Below are positions 8,301 to 17,082 of a stretch of 37,614 nucleotides of DNA, piece after piece. Both the position numbers and the translations under genes were made by a program. The DNA lies in contig CBDDUX010000069.1 in NCBI GenBank assembly GCA_965234725.1, forward strand, positions 1-37,614, read 5' to 3'. This stretch comes from Thermoplasmatota archaeon (GTDB lineage: Archaea > Thermoplasmatota > Penumbrarchaeia > Penumbrarchaeales > Penumbrarchaeaceae). The notes under the pieces are model-generated. The model worked only from the letters and a program-made list of their open reading frames with translations, ran no database searches and was not told where the DNA came from. Within the stretch, counting starts at the first letter, position 1, and each line of letters starts with the position of its first letter.

Positions 8301-9566
8301 TCTGAACCTTTCCATTTGAAGGGAGAGGAATACGGAACATGGGTAAGCCTTTCCTGGACCAGACCCAATTCCACTGGTGGGAAGGAGAATATAACATATT
8401 CTGTCCTCATGGGAGATGACCCTTATGAAATCGAACCGATCGTCAATGGTATCACTTCCACGAATCAGACAGTACTGGATCTGGTCCCGGGAAGGACCTA
8501 TTACTTCTCGGTCAAAGCATTCAATGGGATATTCACCAGCTCCGGATCCAATATCATTTCATTAAGACCCCTGGAACTACCTACTAAACCATTGGACTTG
8601 GAATTTGAAAGAGGGGACTCCTTCATCAACCTTACTTGGAAGGAGCCTGAATACCTTGGTGGAGACACCTCTGTCCGTTATTCCATCCATATGGGAGACT
8701 CGATAACTGAACTCCTGTCTGCAGGGAGATCGAACATACCTCAATTCAATCTCACAGGCCTCGAGAACGGCAGGAACTATTTCGTGTCCGTTAGGGCAGG
8801 CAATTCGAAGGGGGAGGGTCCTTTCTCGAATATCATAAACTCCACTCCGATGAAGATCCCATCTGAACCAAGGAACTTTATCTATAAGGACGATGACAGG
8901 AAACTGGAGATCTCCTGGGATTCACCCTTCGACCATGGAGGATCCGAATGGGTGGTTTACAACCTCTATTTAGGAGACGATCAGGATGAAATGATCTTGA
9001 TCGCAGCGGATCTGACAACAAGGGAATATACTCTTGAAGGACTGGTCAACGGAAGGTTGTATTACATTGGTATAACGGCTGTCAACCCAATGGGTGAATC
9101 TGAGATGGCCGGTCCTTACGAGGCGGTTCCCATGACCACTCCTGGATCCCCTCGAATAACCAATATCACTGTCACAAACGAGGGGCTCATGATCAACTGG
9201 GAAGCCCCTATGGACAATGGCGGATCCGGTGTCTGGTATTACCACATCAAAAGGACAGATGATTCCGGGAAGACCTCTACTTTCAGTATTGGAGGCCATG
9301 TACTTCAATACCTTGACATCGAGGTATTAAAAGGAAAGGAATATAGCTATACCATAACCGCAGAGACATCATATGGTAAAGGAGAACCCAGTGATCCTAT
9401 GGAGGCATTATATCCGGAGGATGAAGTGGAGGAAGGATTCTCTGTGGAACCAATGATGATGATAGCTGCTGCAGCTGCCGTTCTTATCATCTTGATCCTT
9501 CTTGGTATCTTCGCCTTTACAAGGTCTAGAAAAAGGAGAAGGGAAAGAAAAATGTGGGAAGAATGA
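5307..9566 (+). CDS. Membrane-anchored surface protein: signal peptide, SBBP beta-propeller repeats, 7 fibronectin type III repeats, C-terminal TM helix
   Basis: Hydrophobic N-terminus; repeated STYxGGxxxD...YxxGxTxSxDFPTT units; seven PxxPxN...W..P...Y...L.NG..Y...V.A.N..G repeats; TM segment followed by RSRKRRRERK. Confidence 0.9.
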   Translation: MIRTFAALMLCLIILQIDPFHVPAEDMEDLSGDMIGIDPIYERRTLTAGLMGTRSLIENMGQIDDDDVKFYYPGDPQVLIRSDGIHVSSVTENGMIGYSMELEGGNSGGRILTGDEGTTFNFIMGSDPSEWVLGARSFNEITVEQLRPGMDLRVLVSEEGPKWEIELEKGALIDDLTLVYSGDFQSSWVKDRTIMIEKGTTSLRDGPVIIFQNGSPIDCELSMKDGHLRFNVPDYDPKMPMIIDPLMSSSTLIGGNQWDIRAKVKAHPTGDIIVAGSVESTNMKTHSTAYDRSQNGEDDLFVCRLSADLSMMRYGTYIGGTKSDVVHDLTIDDDGYVYLVGQTSSTDFPRTTGALINSFQGGGSDGFIVKVSPDLGSLNFSTYFGGSGKDWASGIEVDSTGIPFVCGSSQSTDLPSTSGCYQSEMTGIRNGFVAKVHSNGKGLHYLTYLGGSGFGDDIGDIQIDSGGKALVVGYSRSSDFPTTSGVFKTGSGNYMGFVSRLSIDGSDLDMSTFLAYGTRINGTAIDDQGNIFLTGRTETISGEFPVSSDAFDKDLSGDVDGFITKMDSLGENVLKSTYIGANELYGQPPDVQTDYIESCTDITLDDEGNVLVTGMTDSINFPLTLDAFDKTRNNLDAYLLYIDPDLTTLLFSTFIGGYDEDKGFGVAVDNDGYMYVSGHTYSDQTNHDFPTTVGAFQEVHASQYDWFCMRFKMDSFLPGPPENLTSVANSTSVHLNWEPPLFDGNEEIIDYHIYWGLSPVTPNFLTKTSDLMFDHDGLTKGKTYYYEVKANNSVGKGIGAKTSATPLSAPISPRINKVSPGDSHVNISWSPPWDMGGTPEVTYEMLYGEDPNDLENHVIDILKTYHYVSGLINGNTYYFQIFARNIIGISEGSDVINATPLGLPSTPLNFITTAMDKSVLLEWEEPLDLGGSPNVTYNIYRFSDETFSWSIQSGWNDTSFRITGLLNGKSYTYYITAKNPLGESERTDLRTVIPLGPISEPFHLKGEEYGTWVSLSWTRPNSTGGKENITYSVLMGDDPYEIEPIVNGITSTNQTVLDLVPGRTYYFSVKAFNGIFTSSGSNIISLRPLELPTKPLDLEFERGDSFINLTWKEPEYLGGDTSVRYSIHMGDSITELLSAGRSNIPQFNLTGLENGRNYFVSVRAGNSKGEGPFSNIINSTPMKIPSEPRNFIYKDDDRKLEISWDSPFDHGGSEWVVYNLYLGDDQDEMILIAADLTTREYTLEGLVNGRLYYIGITAVNPMGESEMAGPYEAVPMTTPGSPRITNITVTNEGLMINWEAPMDNGGSGVWYYHIKRTDDSGKTSTFSIGGHVLQYLDIEVLKGKEYSYTITAETSYGKGEPSDPMEALYPEDEVEEGFSVEPMMMIAAAAAVLIILILLGIFAFTRSRKRRRERKMWEE

Positions 9567-9743
9567 ATAAGCCTGGCCTATCAATAAAATCGTGAAATGG
9601 ATGAATAATTGGCATATCTTCCCATTATCGGTTTTAGATATATTGTAAAAGATTAGAAATATATACAAACCCTTACATTTTATCTCCATTTAAGGTTTGA
9701 TATGATAACCTCCTCTTGAAAGGATTAAATACAATGATTTCAT

Positions 9744-9866
9744 AGGGGTGTTTCGACGGAGTGACACCAAATTTTTTGAATAGAATTATTCAATCCTCTC
9801 TTCCTAATCCCACTCCGTCCTGGTTGAAGGGGTTTCTCGTCCGCGAGTTCAACGCCCCTCAACCAC
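9744..9866. other. Structured intergenic element including a SECIS-like GAA/A hairpin on the minus strand
   Basis: gacggagtg/cactccgtc 9 bp, ttgaata/tattcaa, and tggttga..tcaacca closing the hairpin at 9821-9865. Confidence 0.45.
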
Positions 9867-9883
9867 TCTTCATTCCTTATCTA

Positions 9884-11236
9884 TTATAGCCTGGTACCTT
9901 CCGGAGCTTCCATTATAGTGCCTGATCCCATCTTCAAGCGAGTTTCATCCCTTGCCCTGCGAATTATCGAATATGCCGATTCCAGCAGTTCACTCTCGGA
10001 CCTTGAGACCCTAGCGATACCTTCCTTCACAGCCTGAGATCCAACTGCTGCTGCTTCTCTCGGGAAAACCTCCCATTCTTCCATGTTGGGAATTATGTAA
10101 TCCGGTGTGAGGCCCTTGTCCTCTGCCACCTTTGCAAGTTCCCTGGCTGCAGCAATGCACATGGAATCGGTGATAGTCCTTGCCCGAACATCCAGAGCAC
10201 CCCGGAATATTCCGGGGAATCCGAGAGAGTTGTTGATCTGATTGGGGAAATCCGACCTTCCGGTTGCAACTATGTACGCACCTGCTTCCTTGGCATCCCA
10301 GGGCCAGATCTCAGGTTCGGGGTTAGCAGCAGCGAACACTATGGCTTTATCGGCCATGTCCCTGATCATTTCCTTTGTTATGGTCCCGGGAATAGGTCTG
10401 GAGGCTCCAAGGATCGCATCTGATCCTTTGGTACATGATTCCAAGGTACATTCCCGCGAAGCTCCGGAATACCCGATACAAGCTCTGTATTTTTCCGGAT
10501 TCTTGTTCTTCAATCCCTCAAGGTCCTCTCTTTCCTCGCTCAGGACACCTTTGGAATCGCACATGATGATGTTTTTTGGCCTGACCCCTATCTGAGTGAG
10601 GATGTCAGCTATCCTGAGATTAGCAGCCCCTGCACCTATCATGGTGACCTGCATATCATCCGGGCTCTTTCCAACGAGTTTGGCAGCATTGATGAAACCT
10701 GCGACCTCCACGGTGGCAGTTCCCTGTTGATCATCATGCCAAACAGGAATGTTCATCTCCTTTCTGAGTCTGTCAAGGATCACGAAACATTCAGGTGTCC
10801 TTATATCCTCCAGGTTCACGCCACCTAGAGAAGGTTCAAGGGCCTTCACAGTGCGGATCATCTCCTCCACATCTGTAGTTGAAAGACAGAGGGGAAAAGC
10901 ATCCACGCCTCCCAGGTATTTGAAGAGAAGTGCTTTCCCCTCCATCACGGGCATGGCCGCTTCTGGGCCGATATCTCCAAGCCCAAGGACCCTTGTCCCA
11001 TCAGATATCACAGCTATCGTATTGCCCCTGTTCGTATAGTCCCATACCTTGCTAGTATCGTCATGGATCTCCCTGCAAGGTTGGGCAACCCCCGGAGTAT
11101 ACCAGATGGCAAAATCTTTGAAATCCCTTACAGGTGCCTTGAGGGATACCTCTATCTTACCCCTGTAGAATTGATGCATCACCGGAGCTATCTTACCAGG
11201 AAGCCTGGCCTTTTCTATCCTTTCATCATCTGTCAT
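9884..11236 (-). CDS. mae: NAD(P)-dependent malic enzyme
   Basis: YTPGVA, SDGTRVLGLGDIGP, VMEGKALLFK, NLEDI, HDDQQGTA, GAGAA, ANPEPEI, ATGRSDFPNQINN motifs. Confidence 0.95.
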   Translation of the reverse strand: MTDDERIEKARLPGKIAPVMHQFYRGKIEVSLKAPVRDFKDFAIWYTPGVAQPCREIHDDTSKVWDYTNRGNTIAVISDGTRVLGLGDIGPEAAMPVMEGKALLFKYLGGVDAFPLCLSTTDVEEMIRTVKALEPSLGGVNLEDIRTPECFVILDRLRKEMNIPVWHDDQQGTATVEVAGFINAAKLVGKSPDDMQVTMIGAGAANLRIADILTQIGVRPKNIIMCDSKGVLSEEREDLEGLKNKNPEKYRACIGYSGASRECTLESCTKGSDAILGASRPIPGTITKEMIRDMADKAIVFAAANPEPEIWPWDAKEAGAYIVATGRSDFPNQINNSLGFPGIFRGALDVRARTITDSMCIAAARELAKVAEDKGLTPDYIIPNMEEWEVFPREAAAVGSQAVKEGIARVSRSESELLESAYSIIRRARDETRLKMGSGTIMEAPEGTRL

Positions 11237-12492
11237 TGGGTATTCCTCCTTGGTTTTGGGACTGTAACCGTTCCATCGGGAATTATCAGAACGGAAGGAT
11301 GTCCCCCGATCCTTCTCTTTGCCTCTGATAGGGCCTTTATTGGGTCATCGAATCCTTCCATGAATCCTTTGGTTACCATCTCAGGGGAAAGTCCTGAAAC
11401 GAGAAATATCTTCGAGACCTTTGCAAGCTGGACCATTTTCGCCGCCTTGTGATATCCGAGCCGGTATCCGGAATGGATCTCTGCAAGGACCTGTTCCATC
11501 TCACCAAATCTGGATAAAAGGTCCCAGAAGGCGGAGCTTCCAATACCTTCCTCGCAGAAGGCTGCCAATATCATTATTCCTCCTTCCTTAAGGGCCAGTT
11601 TTCCGTTCTCTATCGCCTTTTGTGCTTGATAGAGGGTCCTGTCCATGGGAGATCTTGCAATTGAGAGAACAATGTCATAAAGATGTGGGATCTCTATCGT
11701 ATAGAGTTCACTTGAAAGCTTGACTGCATCAGAAAAGGTTCGTTTCAGATCACCGATGAACACGTCTGTCAGGACCTTACCCGGACCCTGCACCATTTGG
11801 ATGGAGACATGCTTCCTTCCTTTCATGAACAAGTCAGCAGCTTCTTCCATGTCCTCATGGACAGGATTGCCTTCAAGGGAAAGGGCCTTTGAACCGCCGT
11901 CCAATGCAAAGGAATGGTTGTGCTCCACGCTCCCGTGGGCGGAAAGACCCGGGAAAATTGATTTCCTGCCCCCTGTGAAACCAGCAAAGTAATGGGGTTC
12001 AACCGAGTTTATCAGTATCAGATTATCGTGTTCATCCAGGGATCCCTGGATCAATACCTGAGTACCCCTGGAAGTAGTCCCATAAGATCTATGTGCATCC
12101 TCATCCGAGCAGTTATGGACAAGGACCCGGCCCTTCAGGACCTCATATCTGCCCCCCAGAAGATGCTTAAGTTCTTGATCACTGGAATGGCGATGAGTGC
12201 CTGTTGCGATGTATACCCTGGATAATCGCTTTTCAATACCTGGGATGGAATCGAGGAGTTCAGTAATGACAAGGTGGGATGGTGTGGGTCTATCGCTGTC
12301 ATTGATCACGATACCGATCCGTTCCCCATCAAAGGAGGAACTGCCCCCCTGATCCATGAACCTCTCGATCTGTGATCTTATGATCTTTTCCGGATCCGGA
12401 TCTGCCTCTTCGGAATTTTTAAAAAGAATATCTGCCCCCATGAAACTTGAAGGGTCAAACCCTTTCCCGTTATATTCCAGAAGATCGGTCAC
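11233..12492 (-). CDS. larA: Nickel-pincer LarA-family alpha-hydroxyacid racemase
   Basis: INDSDRPTP, ATGTHR, EPHYFAGFTGGRKSIFPG, NHS, NPVHEDM, YQAQKA motifs. GTG start; 4-bp overlap with the malic enzyme. Confidence 0.9.
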   Translation of the reverse strand: MTDLLEYNGKGFDPSSFMGADILFKNSEEADPDPEKIIRSQIERFMDQGGSSSFDGERIGIVINDSDRPTPSHLVITELLDSIPGIEKRLSRVYIATGTHRHSSDQELKHLLGGRYEVLKGRVLVHNCSDEDAHRSYGTTSRGTQVLIQGSLDEHDNLILINSVEPHYFAGFTGGRKSIFPGLSAHGSVEHNHSFALDGGSKALSLEGNPVHEDMEEAADLFMKGRKHVSIQMVQGPGKVLTDVFIGDLKRTFSDAVKLSSELYTIEIPHLYDIVLSIARSPMDRTLYQAQKAIENGKLALKEGGIMILAAFCEEGIGSSAFWDLLSRFGEMEQVLAEIHSGYRLGYHKAAKMVQLAKVSKIFLVSGLSPEMVTKGFMEGFDDPIKALSEAKRRIGGHPSVLIIPDGTVTVPKPRRNTQ

Positions 12493-12573
12493 GGAAGCAC
12501 CGACCTGACAACTGTAAATGATTATTAATAATTTTAAAAAAAACCCTCATACCTATAAAGGTCACAAAAAAGG

Positions 12574-12788
12574 ATGAAAATGCTAAGCGGGTTTTTTCGT
12601 AAGTCACTCTCGTCAATCACATAAGCGACGTGACTTCGAAATCATTGCAGAAAACAGCCTTCGGCTTCGGTTTTCTGCTGACCTTGCCATCGATGATGTC
12701 AAGACCCGAGCAAAACAGATCGTCAATTGAAGACACTGCTTTGCGGGTGTATGAAAAAGGATTACAACCCGCTTTCATGAATTTTCAT
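12574..12788. ncRNA. Candidate structured RNA (closing stem plus four hairpins), family unknown
   Basis: Closing aagcgggtt/aacccgctt and atgaaaat/attttcat; hairpins at 12595-12641, 12647-12678, 12683-12703 and 12704-12748. Confidence 0.45.
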
Positions 12789-12795
12789 ACAAATA

Positions 12796-12817
12796 GCCCC
12801 GACCCGAAGGCCGGGGC
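12796..12817 (-). terminator. GC-rich hairpin downstream of surface protein copy 1
   Basis: gccccgacccgaaggccggggc (G-U wobble on the minus strand); homologous hairpin at 17033-17058. Confidence 0.6.
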
Positions 12818-12842
12818 ACATGTCTCCTTCAGCTCACCAAGG

Positions 12843-13978
12843 TTTTACTGATCTATATGACCCTCAGGAGCTGGAGGGAGTGCTTCTGCATCATTTTCTG
12901 GCCCGGAAGAACCTGGAAGAGCTGGTCCAGATGTAGCGGCAATATTCCCCGCAAAAGTCGGAGCAAGGTCCACTATCTTCTGGAGCAATGTCTTGGGTTT
13001 GCGGCCCATCCTCTTACCATGAAGGTCCTCACGCCACTGATGCATGTTCTTCTCGATACGAATATTGAGGATGAACAATGCGATTATCACAATGGCAGAT
13101 ACAAGGGCCACAGCTATGAAGATCAGGGCCCAGGAATCCATCAAAGCAGTATTGTCGGTCATCTCAGGATGGCTGTCCCCATCGAAGATATCGGTATTTG
13201 CCTCAACCTCCTCTGCATTGGAGAAACCGTCCTCATCGAAGTCCATGGTCCCATCAAGTGGATTGAAAGGATCAAGCTGGAGGATCAATTCCATTTCATT
13301 GGTTATACCATCAAGGTCAGAATCCTCGTTCATCACCTCAAAAGGCTTGAAAACCACCTTGGAATAGGATTTCCCATCATAGGCACGGATCGACAGATTG
13401 TGATTTTCATTGGTCAGTGTCCTGGTATTGATAACAGCCTTCCAGGTTTCTCCAGTCACTGCTGCTTTCCTCCAGAGACCACCATCAATACGGTATTCAA
13501 CGAAATCCACAAATCCAGAATCATCGGATACCGTACCTTCGACCTCCACACGGTCCTTCAGTTCACCTGTCATGAGACTGGTGATCTGAACAAGGGGCGG
13601 AGGTGTCAGTGAACCGGATCCGATAACACTCTCGATGGTTATAGTGAACTCAAGGACCTCGGAATAGTCCCTCCCGTCATAGGCACGGACGAACACATCA
13701 TAATCACCCCTGCTCATATCTCGGATATCAAGCAGATACTGCCAGACATAGGCACCTTCCGCGACTTCCCAGTCATCCTCGTAGAGGAAACCATCCTTCT
13801 CAACGATACCGACCTCAACCCATCTGAGGGATTTCTCAATATCATTGGCAGAACCTCGTATATAGAACATATCATCGATGATACGCCCGTCGAACAGATT
13901 GTTCACAACAACTTTGGGAGCATCATTGATGGAACGGATACCAACTGTGAATGTGGAGTAAGATGTGTCCATCCCATC
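12843..13978. repeat. 1136-bp exact direct repeat, copy 1
   Basis: Matches 17083-18218 (offset 4240): identical translations on both strands, and base identity wherever compared directly. Confidence 0.95.
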
Positions 13979-16810
13979 GGTTGCAGCAATCGTTACTGTA
14001 ACTACACCATTGAAGTCCATATCAGGGTTCACATGGAGGTAGTTTCCATTATCAAGATACACCTTCACTTTTGATGAGGAGGGCATGAATGAAACGGATA
14101 GGTCCTCGGACCCGCTATCGGTGTCCAGGAGATATTCTTCTATGAAATCGACATTTCCAGTGTATGTCGAATCCTCATCAAGGACGATATCCGGTATCAG
14201 GGATATACCCGGAGCATCGTTCACTGGTGATATCATGATGGGTATCGTATGGTAGGTCTGACCATAGAGATCATAGGGATCGTCAGAGGTGAATACTCGT
14301 AGGTAGTACATTCCTTCATTGTAGTTATAATCGGAGTTTGACCCGACAACAATGATGAAATTATCGGGATCGTCCGTATATTCCGGAGGAAGGACCGTCA
14401 ATGTGATGTCTCCTGCTGCACGATAGATCTTGAATCCCTCATCATTGGAAATGTCCAGATAAGCCTCTTTCATATCCTTATCAAGTAGCTGGAAACTGAG
14501 GTGAATGTCCTGATCCTCGATATCCGAGAAGTAGGGTTCACCGTCACCGGAGATAAGCATTGAGATCTTTCCGGTTGCAATGGCCCTTCCAGTAGGAGCG
14601 GAATACTCTATCAGGATCGGATCTATACCTTCATCACCCGAGATCACAGGAAGGTCCATAGTGGCAAATGGAAGATCGTTTACGGGTAGGACAGTGATAA
14701 AGAAGGGGTCAGAAAATACATCTTTTCCTCCATTGTCCCTTGCTCCGATAACAACCTTGACATCACCGTTCCAGTTCTGGTCCTTGCTTGTGTCTATACC
14801 TAGATATACCGGCCCGCCAGGTACCTCAGCTTCGGTGATGAACAGGTCCAGATGTTTTGATTGGGAATTGGTCTTCACCCAGTAATCGAGGGTTGCCGGT
14901 TCCTGATCAACATCATCGAAGTATTGGGATATCTCGACCCAGTTCCTGTTCACAATACCCTCCGGTACCGATGGAACTATTATTTCCGTCACCGACGGTC
15001 CGTAGTTTGGCCTATCGCCGAGGAGCCTGAGGTTGTCTAACTTAATGATCCCATCCGTATTGGATGTTACATTTATGCGTATTAGGGACCATCCGTCCTC
15101 ATTGGTTGAGACAACTGAATTAAGTTCATTCAGGATAGAACCAGTGGTGGGGTTGAAGTTGACTCTGGCAGTGTAGTCATAGTTGACCTTGATATTGCTG
15201 ACAACTATCTTTCCAGCACTTGCAGCCATGAACTCTATAGGGACGTATGTGAACTCGTTACCAAAGAGGTCGACCTCGTCCGGAAGATGGTTCCTAAGAT
15301 AGGTGTTTATTGCATTTGTATAAGCGGGTGTTCCACCAATACTCTTCTTTCCAACAAGAGCACCGCTCTGGGAATATTCAGCGTTATCGTCAGCTCCTAC
15401 ATCAATGGAGAGGCCTGTGGATTCAAGGTCATAACCAATCACAAGTTTCGGCCAGTATTGTGCATAAGAGGTCGAAGAATAGAGAGGATTATAATTATAA
15501 CCTGAATACGAAAAATAAAAACAATTCTTTGACCATGCTTGTGAAGAGATCATATCATCGTTGTAATAAGTATAAGCTTCCTCGAAATGTGGTTCGTCTG
15601 AAAACTCTGTCTTGTATCTTGATAGCATTATACCATTATTATCCAGAGAACCTGTCACCCATTCCTCATAAAGATCTTTTAGATCATATGAAACATCATA
15701 AAGATCCTCATATGAAGTTGAATAAAACTGTTCATCCATGTGGTATGTGTCCTCTGGCTCAGTTCTATTTCCTGGAAGGTAATCATCATGCCAATCGTAG
15801 AAATGATCCATGTACTGATCTAATAGGGTGTTATCATAATCATAGTTAGTTGACTGATAACTATATTCGGTTGGATGATCATCCAATACTGCAAAAGCAC
15901 CCCAATCTTGATCTATGGAAAAATAGTTGGATGGAGGATTGCTTTCCCATTCGAATCCGTATGAACTGGAATAATGATACCTTCTCACAGGATAATTGAG
16001 TTCATATTGTAAGATGGTTGCTCCAGGTGGAACTTCAAAATCCGGATGATCGAGTTTCCATGCAAGGTAACCTCTGTTTACTGTATATGCAATATATCTA
16101 TCATATGATGTTGATTTGTAAGGATAACCGACATAAACATTATTCATGAAATTTGAACTAGTATACTCCATATATGATTTCGGATAATAATAACCGTACC
16201 CATACCAGTCATCAGTCCCAGTATAATAATCGTAGTTATACATGAGGCTATAGGCCCTTGCAACTTCTATGGTGTTATCAGCGGTGAACATGGATTCCTG
16301 GTATGTTGGAAGAAGAGGATGTGCGATATCAAACTCGACGTTGTTAACGATAGCTCTGCTAGGGAGCTTGATAAAGGTGTCTACTCCATCTGGTGGAGGA
16401 AATACCTCAAGGGTGGTCCCTTGTTTCATCCTGTTGTCGAACATGATGGACTGATTTCCCCATTGACCGACACCGGGTCCGGAGAACCTGTACTCGTCCC
16501 TTCCGTTGTTACCAAGGTCTATGGCAACGTTCGAAGGGTAGACACCGTTCAAAGGTTCTACGGTCACATCGAATTTAAGACCGTCATACGTCGCATTGTT
16601 GTACACGAATATGTTGGCCTCGTTGTTGTATTTTTTTGTACCATGGCTGGTGATTTCCAGGGATGGATCGGTAATGTTAAAGTAACTCTCCATATCCCCA
16701 ATTGTGAACTCCTCAGAATCGATGATCTTGTTCTGGAGGGAAATCACACCATTGAAAAGAGCCGTTCCGGCCAGTAGAATGACCAGACCAATTATCAGGA
16801 ACCTCTTCAT
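12845..16810 (-). CDS. Large membrane-anchored surface protein copy 1 (Tyr-rich DNRLRE-like insert, cadherin/Ig-like repeats, Ca-binding DxDxDG repeats, TM, cytoplasmic tail)
   Basis: Signal peptide MKRFLIIGLV with SD aaggtga; NRGYLAW...DNNGIML...PKLVIGY domain; VNDxP repeats; DSDLDGITNEME/DFDEDGFSNAEE; TM WALIFIAVALVSAIVIIALFIL. Confidence 0.9.
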   Translation of the reverse strand: MKRFLIIGLVILLAGTALFNGVISLQNKIIDSEEFTIGDMESYFNITDPSLEITSHGTKKYNNEANIFVYNNATYDGLKFDVTVEPLNGVYPSNVAIDLGNNGRDEYRFSGPGVGQWGNQSIMFDNRMKQGTTLEVFPPPDGVDTFIKLPSRAIVNNVEFDIAHPLLPTYQESMFTADNTIEVARAYSLMYNYDYYTGTDDWYGYGYYYPKSYMEYTSSNFMNNVYVGYPYKSTSYDRYIAYTVNRGYLAWKLDHPDFEVPPGATILQYELNYPVRRYHYSSSYGFEWESNPPSNYFSIDQDWGAFAVLDDHPTEYSYQSTNYDYDNTLLDQYMDHFYDWHDDYLPGNRTEPEDTYHMDEQFYSTSYEDLYDVSYDLKDLYEEWVTGSLDNNGIMLSRYKTEFSDEPHFEEAYTYYNDDMISSQAWSKNCFYFSYSGYNYNPLYSSTSYAQYWPKLVIGYDLESTGLSIDVGADDNAEYSQSGALVGKKSIGGTPAYTNAINTYLRNHLPDEVDLFGNEFTYVPIEFMAASAGKIVVSNIKVNYDYTARVNFNPTTGSILNELNSVVSTNEDGWSLIRINVTSNTDGIIKLDNLRLLGDRPNYGPSVTEIIVPSVPEGIVNRNWVEISQYFDDVDQEPATLDYWVKTNSQSKHLDLFITEAEVPGGPVYLGIDTSKDQNWNGDVKVVIGARDNGGKDVFSDPFFITVLPVNDLPFATMDLPVISGDEGIDPILIEYSAPTGRAIATGKISMLISGDGEPYFSDIEDQDIHLSFQLLDKDMKEAYLDISNDEGFKIYRAAGDITLTVLPPEYTDDPDNFIIVVGSNSDYNYNEGMYYLRVFTSDDPYDLYGQTYHTIPIMISPVNDAPGISLIPDIVLDEDSTYTGNVDFIEEYLLDTDSGSEDLSVSFMPSSSKVKVYLDNGNYLHVNPDMDFNGVVTVTIAATDGMDTSYSTFTVGIRSINDAPKVVVNNLFDGRIIDDMFYIRGSANDIEKSLRWVEVGIVEKDGFLYEDDWEVAEGAYVWQYLLDIRDMSRGDYDVFVRAYDGRDYSEVLEFTITIESVIGSGSLTPPPLVQITSLMTGELKDRVEVEGTVSDDSGFVDFVEYRIDGGLWRKAAVTGETWKAVINTRTLTNENHNLSIRAYDGKSYSKVVFKPFEVMNEDSDLDGITNEMELILQLDPFNPLDGTMDFDEDGFSNAEEVEANTDIFDGDSHPEMTDNTALMDSWALIFIAVALVSAIVIIALFILNIRIEKNMHQWREDLHGKRMGRKPKTLLQKIVDLAPTFAGNIAATSGPALPGSSGPENDAEALPPAPEGHIDQ

Positions 16811-17032
16811 TTTTGTCACCTTGATCATGTTGAGAGCAGGTCAATTTCTTTAAATCCAACTGTTAACATTCAAAAAGGATTTAAAAAGATTTATATGTCT
16901 GTTTCCATGCTATAAAAAGGTTCCTAAAAAGAATGGAAATAAACTTCATATCTCATGTACCTTCTGGTCTTAACAATATGATGGGACCCATATGCCGAGG
17001 ATCTTCACAAGCGAGCGTTCGGATAGATAGAG

Positions 17033-17058
17033 AAGCCCCGGCCAGAAGGCCGGGGCTT
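17033..17058 (-). terminator. GC-rich hairpin downstream of surface protein copy 2
   Basis: aagccccggcc-agaa-ggccggggctt, perfect 11-bp stem. Confidence 0.65.
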
Positions 17059-17082
17059 ATTTTCCCTTCATTTCACTGAGGT

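Noticed and set aside
9745..9865. tmRNA (ggggtg-tttcgacgg...acca)
   Set aside because: Only ~120 nt, no proper T arm or tag ORF, and the context is archaeal.
12630..12851. 73-aa plus-strand ORF
   Set aside because: Lies across the hairpin element and terminator, has no SD and no recognisable motif.
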